A DNA stretch of 64,000 bases. Origin: Styela clava. Taxonomy: Eukaryota. Positions 63,961-64,000 of the stretch are shown here, piece after piece. Below the pieces are notes generated by a model. It saw only the letters and a program-made list of their open reading frames with translations. It was not told the origin of the DNA and searched no databases. The stretch is from assembly GCF_964204865.1 (NCBI RefSeq), contig NC_135260.1, forward strand, positions 10,974,001 through 11,038,000, written 5' to 3'. How positions within the stretch are numbered: position 1 is the first letter of the stretch; every line of letters starts with the position of its first letter. The position numbers were made by a program, and so were the translations under genes.

Positions 63961-64000
63961 ATGACAGAACAGTTGTACGTAAATCACCTCCAGGAGTCCA

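Overview
AT-rich, compact eukaryotic (invertebrate, ascidian/tunicate-like by inference) genomic DNA with spliceosomal GT-AG introns. All exon models were assembled by eye. From left to right: (1) a 4-exon gene (738-2230, -) whose protein resembles a family I associate with bacteria (HGT candidate); (2) a polyQ-rich C2H2/C2HC zinc-finger gene (4337-10027, -), head-to-head with (3) a TINF2/TIN2-like gene (~11803-23559, +). An early intron of the TINF2-like gene carries an intron-containing pogo DD35D transposon with a PHD finger plus an inverted internally deleted copy of the same family, and four later introns each carry a SNORD33-like box C/D snoRNA; (4) three tandem intronless housekeeping ORFs on the minus strand (SMNDC1, STK19, PIGX), a probable operon; (5) a decayed, internally inverted duplicate (31528-34490) of (7); (6) a secreted Cys-rich gene with five TIL domains built by recent exon duplication (37535-46291, +); (7) an orphan ~520-aa gene (50369-56799, -) of ~23 small exons whose lengths are all multiples of 3 (all introns phase 0); plus a tRNA-derived SINE, hAT and Merlin-like MITEs, a Buster/SPIN-type hAT deletion derivative and a short retroposition footprint. 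The last ~4 kb could not be resolved into a gene.
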